Virus record (IMG/VR): IMGVR_UViG_3300042934_000981
Location: 1 to 61,829 of that record
Length of the DNA: 61,829 nucleotides
Reading direction: 5' to 3' (one strand)
Source: a virus
Taxonomy: Duplodnaviria > Caudoviricetes
Shown here: positions 1 through 9,813 of the stretch, piece by piece
How the letters are laid out: each line of letters starts with the position of its first letter
How positions within the stretch are numbered: the stretch's first letter is position 1
The notes under the pieces: generated by a model
What the model saw: only the letters and a program-made list of their open reading frames with translations
Told to the model about the DNA's origin: nothing
The model's database searches: none
Translations under genes and position numbers: made by a program

Positions 1-127
1 TCGTGAGCAACAGCACTCTCGAGGAGGCGGACTTCGATGACCTCGTGGCCGAGGTGCTCGAGGCCGAGTACGACGCGGACGAGATCGAGACCGAGCAGGG
101 CGACGCCTCGTTCGAGGCGATCAAGCC
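1..127. repeat. 127-bp exact terminal duplication (copy 1); circular-assembly overlap
   Basis: 1-127 is identical to 61703-61829 and falls inside an ORF that reads through the junction. Confidence 0.95.
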
Positions 128-154
128 GCAGCACACCTGCGGGGGTGGATGCTG

Positions 155-499
155 ATGAGTCCCTTCGAGCACTACGCCAAGGCTGAGGGCTTGCTCGAGG
201 CAGCGCAGCGGGCGTACATCGACAACGTCCCCGAGGATCGCGTGGACCGGCTGATCCGCAGGGCGCAGGTGCACGCGACCCTCGCGACCGCGAAGACCCA
301 TCTGCCCGTCATCGTCACGGCGCCGGCGGAACTCATCGACCAGGTGAAGACCGTCGACGCCGGTGCCGGCGGGGTGCTGTTCATCCCGAACGAGATCGCG
401 ACCGGGCAAGATCCCCGCGAGGTCCGCGACTTCGCCGAGCAGCTGACCGAGCAGCTCGTGGAGCAGATGCGCCACCCGATCACGGAGGTCGGATCATGA
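155..499 (+). CDS. hypothetical protein
   Basis: TGATG overlap with the stop of the junction-spanning ORF; phage-like codon bias. Confidence 0.75.
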   Translation: MSPFEHYAKAEGLLEAAQRAYIDNVPEDRVDRLIRRAQVHATLATAKTHLPVIVTAPAELIDQVKTVDAGAGGVLFIPNEIATGQDPREVRDFAEQLTEQLVEQMRHPITEVGS

Positions 500-774
500 C
501 GACCGACGCCGAAGCCCTCCACGAGCTCGCACAGGCGGCAGCCGAGCTCGACACGATCTTCGAGGCGCGCGTCGAAGCCGCCCTCGAGCGCTACGACATG
601 GACCCGGCCTACCACCGGCGCGTCCGGGCGATCGCGGACGTGCTCGCGAAGGATCCGCTGATGGACACCCTCCACCCCGACGTGCGGTCGAGCTCGTGCG
701 CACGGCTCGCGCTGCGGATGGTGGTCGCCGACGACATCATCCTTTCCCACCACTCGGCAGGAGGCCGGCTATGA
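496..774 (+). CDS. hypothetical protein
   Basis: GGAGG RBS, ATGA overlap. Confidence 0.75.
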   Translation: MTTDAEALHELAQAAAELDTIFEARVEAALERYDMDPAYHRRVRAIADVLAKDPLMDTLHPDVRSSSCARLALRMVVADDIILSHHSAGGRL

Positions 775-1187
775 GTCGCGCGATCATCGACGACAACGCC
801 GACCCGTACGCCCTGCGCGACGCGATCCAGGCGTCGATCGAGATGCTCGAGCGGCACGCGCCGGAAGTGTACGGGAAGCACCTGCCGACGCTGCGCTCGC
901 TCATGACACAGCTGCGGCCACGCGCGAGCGAGAGCGCCGTCTGGTATGAGCACGTCTCGCGCGGCGTGATGCGCGAGCACCACGCCATGCGCGTCATCCA
1001 CCTGTGCGAATCCGAGGGCACCGAGATCTGGGAGCGGTACGTCTGGCCCGAGGAGGCGCAGGCCGCGCTCGCCGCCCACATCCGCGAGATGCACCCGAAG
1101 GCCACCGACTACGTTCACCACATGAGCACCATCGGCATCACCCGCCGCGACCACACCAGCACTGGAGACACCAATGCCGAAGGGTAG
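771..1187 (+). CDS. hypothetical protein
   Basis: AGGAGG RBS, ATGA overlap (MSRAIIDD...). Confidence 0.75.
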   Translation: MSRAIIDDNADPYALRDAIQASIEMLERHAPEVYGKHLPTLRSLMTQLRPRASESAVWYEHVSRGVMREHHAMRVIHLCESEGTEIWERYVWPEEAQAALAAHIREMHPKATDYVHHMSTIGITRRDHTSTGDTNAEG

Positions 1188-1338
1188 GCCCGTCGGATCG
1201 GGCAAGGACCGCTTTCACTTCCTGCGCGTGCGCGTGAGCGAGGCCGAGCTTGAGCGGCTGGACCGCGACCGCGGTCTCGCCACCCGCTCGGAGTGGGTGC
1301 GCCAGCGCCTCTTCGGCAAGAGGGGGCGAGGGCAGTGA
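1174..1338 (+). CDS. small ribbon-helix-helix-like DNA-binding protein (54 aa, not in ORF track)
   Basis: GGAG RBS; MPKGRP...FLRVRVSEAELERLDRDRGLATRSEWVRQRLF fits a beta-alpha-alpha RHH pattern; GTGA overlap with next gene. Confidence 0.7.
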   Translation: MPKGRPVGSGKDRFHFLRVRVSEAELERLDRDRGLATRSEWVRQRLFGKRGRGQ

Positions 1339-1568
1339 CCCGGGCATCCCGGCTGTGGCTGCTCGGTGTGCTCGCCGCGATCGCGGTGACGGTCGCCTAC
1401 TCCTGGGTGTCGGCCGTGATCGGGCTGCAGTTCGGCGACCAGTTCATCACCGGCTGGCCGGCGGCGCTCGCGACGAGCGGGCTGATCTGGCTCTGTGCGC
1501 TGTCGATCGTGCTGTTCGGGTCGATCCTCCGCATCACGCTCGAGTGGGCGATGGCAGGCAAGCGATGA
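1335..1568 (+). CDS. membrane protein
   Basis: two hydrophobic segments; 4-nt overlaps at both ends. Confidence 0.7.
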   Translation: MTRASRLWLLGVLAAIAVTVAYSWVSAVIGLQFGDQFITGWPAALATSGLIWLCALSIVLFGSILRITLEWAMAGKR

Positions 1569-1768
1569 GGCTGCACATGGGCCGGGCGTGGACCGGGCAC
1601 GCCGTCGAGGACGCCTGTCCGTGCGCGCAGGCGGAATGTGGCCTCGCGGTGCCGGACGGCTCGGCGCCGGGCTCGTGCCCTGAGCACAACCCCGCTGACC
1701 CGCTCGCCGGCAAGACGATGCGCCAGATGCACACCGACGTGCAGTGCCCTGGGAGGATATCCGCATGA
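1565..1768 (+). CDS. small Cys/His-rich protein
   Basis: ATGA overlaps; CPC..C...CPEH..H...C. Confidence 0.65.
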   Translation: MRLHMGRAWTGHAVEDACPCAQAECGLAVPDGSAPGSCPEHNPADPLAGKTMRQMHTDVQCPGRISA

Positions 1769-2442
1769 GCTACGCGCGAGACGACGACGACGCGGACTAC
1801 ATGCAGTTCGAGCGTCCCGAGAAGCCGGCGTCGAAGAAGACCGGGGACAAGGCGAAGCGCCGCGCCGCGATCCCCGTGCTGCCGGAGCCGCCGAGGTACA
1901 ACCCCGACGAGATGATGGACATGCGCGGCGGGATCACCCGCCTGGACGAGGCGATCGTCAACATGCGCGTGGATAATGTGCCGTTCGAGGAGATCGCACG
2001 GATCCTCAGTCTGCCGAGCGCGACGGATGCCTACCAGCGCTGCGTCCGCGCGCTGGCGAAGACGCACCCGCGCGAGGACTGGGAGACGACTCGGCAGCTC
2101 GAGATCGCACGCGCTGAGCAGCTGCTCCGCCGATCGATGGCGATGGCGGCCGCGGAGTTCTTCGTCGACGCCGAGAACCCCGACGAGCTCATCCCGAACG
2201 AGGACCGGCTGCGCTGGCACCAGCAGGCCGGGCAGGATCTCGCCCTGCACGCCACGATCTCGGGCGCCAAGGCGCCGACCCGCGTGGAGATCACGCCCAC
2301 GGACCAGGAGTACGAGGCCCTCGTCACCGAGGTGCTCCGCTCGCGCGGCCACAGCGAGCCGGCCGAGTTCGACATCCTGTCGCTGGACCAGATCCCGAAC
2401 GTGGAGGATGCCGAGATCGTCGACGGGGAGATGGACCGATGA
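1765..2442 (+). CDS. putative terminase small subunit / HTH protein
   Basis: GGAGG RBS; HTH-like VPFEEIARILSL; position upstream of terL. Confidence 0.55.
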   Translation: MSYARDDDDADYMQFERPEKPASKKTGDKAKRRAAIPVLPEPPRYNPDEMMDMRGGITRLDEAIVNMRVDNVPFEEIARILSLPSATDAYQRCVRALAKTHPREDWETTRQLEIARAEQLLRRSMAMAAAEFFVDAENPDELIPNEDRLRWHQQAGQDLALHATISGAKAPTRVEITPTDQEYEALVTEVLRSRGHSEPAEFDILSLDQIPNVEDAEIVDGEMDR

Positions 2443-2777
2443 GCAGTGGCGGCTTCGGATGGCGTGATCGCGTCGTCGGCAACGTGGCGCGGACCTCGGA
2501 AGTGCGGGTGCGGCGGACCAAGGCGGTCTCCCGGCTCACCATGGAGGTCACCGTGGGCATCATGCCGCTGCTCATGGAGGCGTGCCGGCGCCGGCAGATC
2601 TCGCCGACCGGCTATATCCGCCGTGCGATGCTCGCCTTCATCGCCCACGACCTGAATCGCCCCCTCGAGGACGTGCTCGTGCACGATCCGCGCTTCTCTC
2701 CACCCGGATCACGCATCGTCGTGCCCGATCCGGAGGGGAAGATGGGCGGACCCTGGGAGATCGAGGACCTGAGGTGA
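2439..2777 (+). CDS. RHH-like DNA-binding protein
   Basis: LTMEV...LLMEACRRRQISPTGYIRRAM pattern; 4-nt overlaps. Confidence 0.55.
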   Translation: MSSGGFGWRDRVVGNVARTSEVRVRRTKAVSRLTMEVTVGIMPLLMEACRRRQISPTGYIRRAMLAFIAHDLNRPLEDVLVHDPRFSPPGSRIVVPDPEGKMGGPWEIEDLR

Positions 2778-4276
2778 GCTTCAACCCGATCACGGCCGCC
2801 GGAATCGACCTCGAGCGCGCCAATCTGTCGAAGCAGGCCAAGGCCGAGGTCCTCAAGCGCGTGCAGGCGCGCATTTCGCACTCGCGCCGGGTCTGGTACT
2901 GCCAGCTGGGCCGGAATTGCGACGGCACGCCCCACGAGGGCGCCGAATACCCGCACGCGCAGGACTATCAGTACCCGCCGCTCGGCTTCGACTGGGATAC
3001 CTGGTTCATGATGTGCGGCCGCGGCACCGGCAAGACCCTCTCGGGCTCGCACTGGGTCCGATCGATCACGCCGAAGGTCAGTCGCATCGCGCTCGTCGGC
3101 CGAACGCTCGACGACACCCGCAAGACCATGGTCGAGGGCGAGTCGGGGCTCATCCGCGCGTGCAAGGACGCCGGCGAGACCTACGACTGGAAGCCCGCGC
3201 TGAAGACCTTCACCTTCGCGAACGGCGCGCAGGCGTTCTGCTACACCGCCGAGGAGCCCGACAAGCTGCGAGGCCCCGAGCACGGTGCCGGCTGGCTCGA
3301 CGAGCCCTGCCACATGGAGCTCATCGACGAGATCTGGTCGAACTACAACCTCGGTCTGCGCCAGAAGGGCTACCCGGGCGGCGCCAAGACGCTGCTCACC
3401 TCGAGCCCGTTGCCGGTGAAGTGGACGAAGGAGCGGATCAAGGAGAAGGGCGAGCTCCACGAGGACGGATCGCGGGATCCGTCGACCGTGATGGTCTCGG
3501 TCCCGACCAGCCGCAACATCCACAACCTCGACGAGAGCTACATCCGTCGCGTCGTCGATCCGCTGCGCGGCACCCGCAAGGGCCGGCAGGAGCTCAACGC
3601 CGAGCTGCTCGAAGACGTCGAGGGCGCGCTCTGGACGATCGACAGCTTCCGGTACTTCGACCTCGCCGTCATGCGCGGCACGTTCGACCGCATCGTGGTG
3701 GGTGTGGACCCCGCCGGCTCGACGACGCGGCACTCTGACGAGACCGGCATCATCGTGGTCGCGATCAAGGGCGACAACATCTACGTGCTCGACGACTTCA
3801 CCGGCACCTACTCGCCGGCAGCGTGGGCGGCGAAGGTGATCCTGGCGTACGAGACCTACTCGGCGGATGCCGTCGTCGTGGAGCGCAACTTCGGCGGCGA
3901 CATGGTCAAGGCGAACCTGCGCAACGCCAAGTTCCGCGGCCGCGTCGTCGAGGCCCGCGCCTCGGAGGGCAAGCGCGTGCGCGCGGAACCGACCGCGGCG
4001 CTGTACGAGCAGGAGCTCGCGTACCACGCCCGCGGCGGCAAGCTGCAGGCGCTCGAGGACGAGCAGACCACGTGGGTGCCCGGCATCGGGCCCTCGCCGA
4101 ACCGCATCGACGCGCTGGTGTGGGCCGAGCACGAGATCTCGAAGGGACGCGGGCGCGGCAGCGCGAGCTCGGGCATCCCGCGCGGGCAGATGGGCCCGCC
4201 GAAGACCATGCTGCCGGGCTCGAAGCGCTCGGCCAAGGCCGCCCTACAGATCGCGAGACCCGGGAGCTACCGATGA
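2774..4276 (+). CDS. terL: terminase large subunit
   Basis: Walker A CGRGTGKT, LRGP..GWLDE Walker B, RNase H-like VGVDPA and RIDALVWA; GTG start overlapping upstream stop. Confidence 0.95.
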   Translation: MSFNPITAAGIDLERANLSKQAKAEVLKRVQARISHSRRVWYCQLGRNCDGTPHEGAEYPHAQDYQYPPLGFDWDTWFMMCGRGTGKTLSGSHWVRSITPKVSRIALVGRTLDDTRKTMVEGESGLIRACKDAGETYDWKPALKTFTFANGAQAFCYTAEEPDKLRGPEHGAGWLDEPCHMELIDEIWSNYNLGLRQKGYPGGAKTLLTSSPLPVKWTKERIKEKGELHEDGSRDPSTVMVSVPTSRNIHNLDESYIRRVVDPLRGTRKGRQELNAELLEDVEGALWTIDSFRYFDLAVMRGTFDRIVVGVDPAGSTTRHSDETGIIVVAIKGDNIYVLDDFTGTYSPAAWAAKVILAYETYSADAVVVERNFGGDMVKANLRNAKFRGRVVEARASEGKRVRAEPTAALYEQELAYHARGGKLQALEDEQTTWVPGIGPSPNRIDALVWAEHEISKGRGRGSASSGIPRGQMGPPKTMLPGSKRSAKAALQIARPGSYR

Positions 4277-4518
4277 GCGTGCTACATGTCGAATTCTGCG
4301 CCGGAGGTCCCGTCGACGGGCGCCGGCAGGACGTCCAGTCCGACAACGCCGAGGCGATCCGCGTCTACACGCCGCGCATCGGCATGCCCGTGCACACGCT
4401 CGACGCCAGCGACATCTCGAGCTCGGTCGGCATGGACACCCACGTATACCGCCGGACCCGCCGGCTGACGAAGACCGGCTACGAGCTCTACGCCTACGCC
4501 GGGAAGGAGCACCGATGA
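4273..4518 (+). CDS. hypothetical protein
   Basis: ATGA overlaps; GGPVDG motif. Confidence 0.7.
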   Translation: MSVLHVEFCAGGPVDGRRQDVQSDNAEAIRVYTPRIGMPVHTLDASDISSSVGMDTHVYRRTRRLTKTGYELYAYAGKEHR

Positions 4519-4748
4519 TGTGGATCTGGTCTGTCGTGCTTGCCGGTGTGGGGATCCTCGGGATCTACCTCGCCGGCCGCAAGAATCTCTGGGGCTGGGC
4601 AGTGGGCGTGTTCGCCCAGGTGCTCTGGATGGTGTTCGCGATCGTGACGCAGCAGTGGGGATTCATCGCGAGTGCCCTCGCGTACGGCTGGGTCTACGGG
4701 CTCAACTGGTTCAAGTGGTCGCAGGACCGGAAGAAGGTGGAGGCATGA
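4515..4748 (+). CDS. PnuC-like small membrane protein
   Basis: AAGGAG RBS; three TM segments with GIYLAGRKNLWGWAVG..QVLW...YG..WFKW. Confidence 0.65.
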   Translation: MMWIWSVVLAGVGILGIYLAGRKNLWGWAVGVFAQVLWMVFAIVTQQWGFIASALAYGWVYGLNWFKWSQDRKKVEA

Positions 4749-5080
4749 TCCTCGAGCTCGAGTGGTGGCAGATCGCGCTGGCCGTCGTCGTCGCGATCCT
4801 GGGCGCCGCCCGCCTCACCCGGCTGATCGTGCACGACACGTTCCCGCCGATCGTGGCGTTCCGGGTCTGGTACCTCGATCACGCGCGCGGCGGCTGGGAC
4901 ACGCTCGTCGAGTGTCACTGGTGCATGGGCCCGTGGATGTTCCTCGTCGCGATCCTCACGTTCCTGCTCACGCCGCTGTGGCTGCCGATCGCGTACGCCT
5001 GGTGGATCTTCTACATCTGGATGGCCGGCTCCTACCTCGTGAGCCAGTACGTGCACTTCGACCAGGGTCGTGACGAGTAG
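4745..5080 (+). CDS. DUF1360-like membrane protein
   Basis: RLTRLIVHD...R...LVECHWCMGPW motif. Confidence 0.7.
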   Translation: MILELEWWQIALAVVVAILGAARLTRLIVHDTFPPIVAFRVWYLDHARGGWDTLVECHWCMGPWMFLVAILTFLLTPLWLPIAYAWWIFYIWMAGSYLVSQYVHFDQGRDE

Positions 5081-5090
5081 TCTGATCCCG

Positions 5091-5122
5091 CGACACCCGC
5101 ACCCCGGCCGGTGCGGGTGTCG
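5091..5122 (+). terminator. 13-bp stem hairpin before the portal gene
   Basis: CGACACCCGCACC-6-GGTGCGGGTGTCG; no U-tract. Confidence 0.45.
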
Positions 5123-5198
5123 TGCGTCTGAGCGGGGCGCGCTGTACGATGTCGCCTCAGAGGGGCTCTTGCGCGCGAGCCCATGATGAGGGGGCACC

Positions 5199-7022
5199 AT
5201 GCCGAAGTCGTCGCCGGCGGGGTTCCGCGCGGAGACCCTGTCTCGGCCGGAGAATGTCGCAGTCTACGCCGCGGCGAAGAACTTCACCATCGGCAAGGCG
5301 CGGAAGGGCATCCCGGTCACGTCGACCACCTCCACCGGCGAAGAGTGGCAGGACACCGGCTGGGACTTCTACGACACCATCGGCGAGTATCGCTACGCGG
5401 TCGACTGGGTGGGCAACCTCCTCTCGCGCGCGACGCTGCACGTCGTCGAGAACGGTGACGCCACCGACAACCAGCTGGCCGTCGACGTGATGGCGTCCCT
5501 GTTCGGCGGCGAGGATGGTCAGGCCGAGATGCTCCGCTCGCTCGGCATCCACTACACGGTGGCCGGCGAGGCGTACGTCATCGGCGTCGACCAGCAGGAC
5601 GAGGACGAGTGGTTCGTCATTGCGTCGACCGAGATCAAGCGGGACGGATCCGGCAACTTCGGCGTGAAGGGCATGGGCCTCGAGATCACCGACGGCGGAT
5701 CCCTCGTCATGCGGCTGTGGCGCGCACACCCCCGCAAGCCGTGGAAGGCGAACAGCCCGACCCGCGCAGTGCTCCCGATCCTGGCCGAGCTCGAGAAGCT
5801 CACCCAGCACGTCGCCGCGCAGCTCGATTCCCGCCTCGCCGGCGCCGGCCTCCTGCTCGTGCCGAGCGAGATGACCTTCCCGCAGATGCCGACGTCGCTG
5901 CCGGCAGCGGATCCCGACGCCCCGCCCACAGCCGGCACCACGACGGACGGCGCGCAGGGCTTCGTCAACATGCTGATCGACGTGATGAGCCGCGCGATCG
6001 GCGACCGCGCTGACGCGAGTGCGTACGTGCCGATCGTGCTGCAGATCGCAGGCGAGTACCTCGAGAAGGTCCAGCACCTCAAGTTCTGGTCCGAGCTCGA
6101 CGAGCAGGCGATCGAGCTCCGCAAGGAGGCCATCGGCCGGCTCGCGCTCGGGATGGACATGCCGCCCGAGGTCCTCACCGGCACCGCCGACGTGAACCAC
6201 TGGGGCGCCTGGCAGATCGACGAGGCGTCGATCAAGAGCCACTCCGAGCCGCTGCTCAAGGCCATCACCTCAGCGCTGACGCAGGGCTACCTGCGTCCCG
6301 TGCTCGAGGCGGAGGGCATGAGCCGCGAGGAGGCGATGGCGTTCTCGATCAAGGCCGACACCTCGCAGCTGCGGATGCGGCCGAACCGGTCGAAGGAGTC
6401 CATCGAGCTCTTCGAGCACGGCGAGGTCTCGGCCTCGACGATGCGCCGCGAGAACGGCTTCGACGAGACGGATGCCCCGGACGACGCCGAGCGTCGCGAG
6501 TGGCTGATCCGCAAGGTGGCGTCTGGATCCGCGACGCCCGAGATGGTCGTCGAGGCGCTGCGCCTGCTCGGCATCGCGATCGTCGCGGCGCCCGAGTCCG
6601 ACGAGCCGAACGAGGCCCGGCCCAACCCGAGCCTGCTCGAGCACCCCGACGAGGGGCTGCCGCCCGAGGAGGCGAGCGTCTCGGCCGACGTCGTCGCGGC
6701 ATCCGAGGTCATGGTGCACTGGGCGCTGCAGCGTGCCGGCAACCGGCTCAAGACCCGGCTCGGCCCGAAGGTCAAGGACATCGACGTGCCGGCCCACGAG
6801 CTCTACCTGCGGATGCCCGAGCTCTCGTCGACGGAGATCTCGACGCTGCTCGACGACGCCTGGACATGTCCGATCGCGCCGGAGCTCAACGTCGACCCTG
6901 TCCGCCTGGTGCAGACGCTCGACCAGTACGCCGCGACGCTGCTCGGTCTGCGCAAGCCGCACGACCGCACCCTGCTGAGGATGCACCTGGCCGCTGCATT
7001 GGATCGGGCCGATGCTCCCTGA
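5199..7022 (+). CDS. portal protein
   Basis: 607 aa after terL; SRLAGAGLLLVP and RLALGMDMPPEVLTG..NHW motifs typical of actinophage portals. Confidence 0.9.
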   Translation: MPKSSPAGFRAETLSRPENVAVYAAAKNFTIGKARKGIPVTSTTSTGEEWQDTGWDFYDTIGEYRYAVDWVGNLLSRATLHVVENGDATDNQLAVDVMASLFGGEDGQAEMLRSLGIHYTVAGEAYVIGVDQQDEDEWFVIASTEIKRDGSGNFGVKGMGLEITDGGSLVMRLWRAHPRKPWKANSPTRAVLPILAELEKLTQHVAAQLDSRLAGAGLLLVPSEMTFPQMPTSLPAADPDAPPTAGTTTDGAQGFVNMLIDVMSRAIGDRADASAYVPIVLQIAGEYLEKVQHLKFWSELDEQAIELRKEAIGRLALGMDMPPEVLTGTADVNHWGAWQIDEASIKSHSEPLLKAITSALTQGYLRPVLEAEGMSREEAMAFSIKADTSQLRMRPNRSKESIELFEHGEVSASTMRRENGFDETDAPDDAERREWLIRKVASGSATPEMVVEALRLLGIAIVAAPESDEPNEARPNPSLLEHPDEGLPPEEASVSADVVAASEVMVHWALQRAGNRLKTRLGPKVKDIDVPAHELYLRMPELSSTEISTLLDDAWTCPIAPELNVDPVRLVQTLDQYAATLLGLRKPHDRTLLRMHLAAALDRADAP

Positions 7023-9495
7023 GGAGTTCGCCGCCGAGCGTCGTGAGCGGCTGACGGTCGCAGACGACGCGCTGCGCCCGTTCGTGGAGACCGCGCTCGA
7101 GCGCTTCGTCGGCGGCCAGAAGGGCACCTGGGCGAACGAGCTCATCGACGAGGTCGTGCAGGTCTGGGTGGAAAACTTCCAGGCCGAGGCGCCGGGGGCA
7201 TCCCGCACCGCGGCCGAGCTGCGCTTCCGCAACCGCGTCATGCTGGGCCTGCGCAAGACCACCGACTACGGCACCGTCTCGGACGGGCAGATCGACCGCG
7301 TGACGCGGTGGCTGTCGACGTACGCGACCAACGCCGGCACCGTGCAGGGCTCGAACGCCGCCGGCCGATCCGGCAAGCTCTGGGTGACGATGAGCGACGA
7401 CCTCGTGCGCGACACGCACGAGCCGCTCGATGGACAGATCCGCCCTGTGGGTGGGACCTTTGACGTGGGCGGCACGAAGCTCGCCTATCCGGGAGAGCCT
7501 GTCGGCCCGCCCGAAGTCTGGATCAACTGCCGATGCGTGGCGATGCCCGCTGCACGAGAGGGAGAAACGATGAGCGGCACGACCTTCACGCTCGGACCCG
7601 AAGAGCTCGAGGACGACAACCCCGACGTCGTGGTGGGCAACAACGCCTTCGCGACGGCAGTCGACGAGGAGGACGTCGCCGTCGAGCCCGTCGACGAGGA
7701 CGACCTCGAAGACAGCGACGAGGACGAGGAAGACATCACCGAGATCCCAGTGCACGGCGTCGCCGCGCCCGAGGGCGTGCCGACCGGCGACGGTCGCATG
7801 TTCGCGATCGGCGCTCTCACGAACCGCGACCTGCCGCTGCCGCTGCTCTACCAGCCGGTCTCCACCGGCGGGCACGACCAGGCGTACACCGTCGGCCGGC
7901 TCGACGAGATCTACCGCAACGAGGGTGAGGACATCGTCCGCTATCGCGGTGCGCTGATCCTCGGCCGGCAGTACGCGTCCGAGGTCATCGAGGGCATCAT
8001 CGACGGCACGATCCGCGGCGTGAGCGTGGATGTCGACGACATCGAGCTCGACATGAGCGGGATCCTCGACGACGAGGGCAACTTCCTCGATCAGGAGTTC
8101 GACCCGGAGACCGCCGGCAAGGCGCCGGTGACCGTCTTCAAGTCGGCCCGGATCGCGGGCCTGACCATCGTGTCGATCCCCGCCTTCCAGGAGGCGTACA
8201 TCGCGCTCGGACACGACGACGAGGAGGGCGTCATGGCATCCGCCGCGCTCACCGCGTGCGGCTGCCTGACCGCGGGATCCCCCGAGCTCGAGGAAGAAGT
8301 GCCCGAGCTCGCGGCCGGCGGCATGCTCGAGGGCGAGGCCCGCGTGCTCGTCGGCGAGACCGGGCCTGAGTACGTCATCCCGCTCGCGACGCTCCGCAAG
8401 GTCGGCATGAACGCCGAGCTGCTCGCCATGGCGGCGCGCGGCGAGTTCGCGCCGGGTACGAAGGACGGCCCCGGCTGGATCACGCACCCCGGCGCGACGG
8501 CGCGCATCCGTCGCTACTGGGTGAAGGGCGAGGGCGCCGCGAAGATCCGCTGGGGAGCCCCCGGCGACTTCAACCGTTGCCGCGCGCAGCTCGCGAAGTA
8601 CGTCCAGAATCCCGACTGGCTCGCCGGCCTGTGCGCCAACATGCACAAGGAGGCGCTCGGGATCTGGCCGGCACAGCACCGCAGCGAGGCGGCGATCCTG
8701 GCATCCGCCAGCCGCGCGCCGGCGGCGATTCTCGCGTCCGCGCGCGCGACGGTCTACGACATCGACCTCTTTGCCGAGCCGCCCGTCGACCTCGAGATGC
8801 CCGTGAACATCGACCGCGACACCGGCCGGATCTACGGCTACCTCGCGGAGTGGGGCGTCTGCCACGTCGGCATCGAGGGCGTCTGCACGTCGCCGATCCC
8901 GAGCGAGAACGAGTACGCGTACTTCCGCAAGGGCCGCGTTGAGACCACCGAGGGCACGCTGCGCGTCGGCAACCTGACGTACGGCACCGGGCACCCGAAC
9001 ATTTACATGCGCGCGTCCGCCGCGACCGAGCACTACGACAAGCCCGACGCCGTGCGCGCCTACGTGAACATCGGCGAGAACTCGCGAGGCATCTGGTACT
9101 CGGGCGTGATGACGCCGTGGTCGACGGATGCCGACATCGACGCGATCCTCGCGATCGGAGCGTTCTCGGGTGACTGGCGCGACTGGGGCAACCGCGAGCT
9201 CGACCTGATCGCGGCGACCTGCGTGAACACGCCGGGCTATCAGATCCTGCCGGCACTCGCGGCATCGGGCGGTCGGCAGATCTCGCTGACCGGCGCCGGC
9301 GCTCCCGAGATCCGCCACGCCGTCACCGCGTCCGCGACCGTGCGGATGGACCCCGAGGAGGTCGCGGCCATCACGCGCACGGCCGTCGCGGAGTACCGCC
9401 ACCAGGAGAAGGTCGCCGCGAAGCTCGGGCCCGTGCGCGCGGCGATCAAGACCGAACGGCTCGCGCGCGCGCGCCGTCACATCGCAGGAGAGTGA
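7012..9495 (+). CDS. MuF-like minor head protein fused to capsid maturation protease
   Basis: N-terminal KLWVT..D..VRDTH..LDG...PGEP..INCRC (MuF); TGDGR..GGH..VG...GVSVD...IPAF (protease); C-terminal YGYLAEWGVCH and SGDWR. Confidence 0.85.
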   Translation: MLPEEFAAERRERLTVADDALRPFVETALERFVGGQKGTWANELIDEVVQVWVENFQAEAPGASRTAAELRFRNRVMLGLRKTTDYGTVSDGQIDRVTRWLSTYATNAGTVQGSNAAGRSGKLWVTMSDDLVRDTHEPLDGQIRPVGGTFDVGGTKLAYPGEPVGPPEVWINCRCVAMPAAREGETMSGTTFTLGPEELEDDNPDVVVGNNAFATAVDEEDVAVEPVDEDDLEDSDEDEEDITEIPVHGVAAPEGVPTGDGRMFAIGALTNRDLPLPLLYQPVSTGGHDQAYTVGRLDEIYRNEGEDIVRYRGALILGRQYASEVIEGIIDGTIRGVSVDVDDIELDMSGILDDEGNFLDQEFDPETAGKAPVTVFKSARIAGLTIVSIPAFQEAYIALGHDDEEGVMASAALTACGCLTAGSPELEEEVPELAAGGMLEGEARVLVGETGPEYVIPLATLRKVGMNAELLAMAARGEFAPGTKDGPGWITHPGATARIRRYWVKGEGAAKIRWGAPGDFNRCRAQLAKYVQNPDWLAGLCANMHKEALGIWPAQHRSEAAILASASRAPAAILASARATVYDIDLFAEPPVDLEMPVNIDRDTGRIYGYLAEWGVCHVGIEGVCTSPIPSENEYAYFRKGRVETTEGTLRVGNLTYGTGHPNIYMRASAATEHYDKPDAVRAYVNIGENSRGIWYSGVMTPWSTDADIDAILAIGAFSGDWRDWGNRELDLIAATCVNTPGYQILPALAASGGRQISLTGAGAPEIRHAVTASATVRMDPEEVAAITRTAVAEYRHQEKVAAKLGPVRAAIKTERLARARRHIAGE

Positions 9496-9503
9496 GGAGC
9501 ACC

Positions 9504-9647
9504 ATGGCCTGCAGCTGCCAGAAGCCCAAGACGTCGTCGACGACCTACGTCGTGACGGCGCCGAGCGGCGAGAAGAAGGCGTACAAGACCGAGGTCGAAG
9601 CGACCGCCGCCGCCAAGCGCGTCGGCGGGACGTGGAAGCCGCAGTAG
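9504..9647 (+). CDS. small conserved head-region protein (47 aa, MACSCQK...)
   Basis: GAGGAG RBS; lies between protease and capsid; not in ORF track. Confidence 0.75.
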   Translation: MACSCQKPKTSSTTYVVTAPSGEKKAYKTEVEATAAAKRVGGTWKPQ

Positions 9648-9675
9648 CGCGACACGCCGCTTCGAGAGCGCGCGC

Positions 9676-9705
9676 TTGCATATTTGCGAGCGCGCGCTCT
9701 ACGCT
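9676..9705 (+). promoter_or_regulatory. putative capsid promoter inside an inverted repeat
   Basis: TTGCAT-18-TACGCT overlapped by AGAGCGCGCGCTTGCA-TATT-TGCGAGCGCGCGCTCT (9665-9700). Confidence 0.5.
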
Positions 9706-9813
9706 TTGCACCAGAAGCACGACCCTCTCGCGTCATAGACGGAGTGGCAAGGTCACAAGATGCACTCGCGCATCGACCCCCATCCAACCGTTCTCATATG
9801 AGAGGGACGCATC

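Noticed and set aside
1-127. Biological direct terminal repeat
   Set aside because: 127 bp equals a common assembler k-mer and it cuts through an ORF; most likely an assembly overlap
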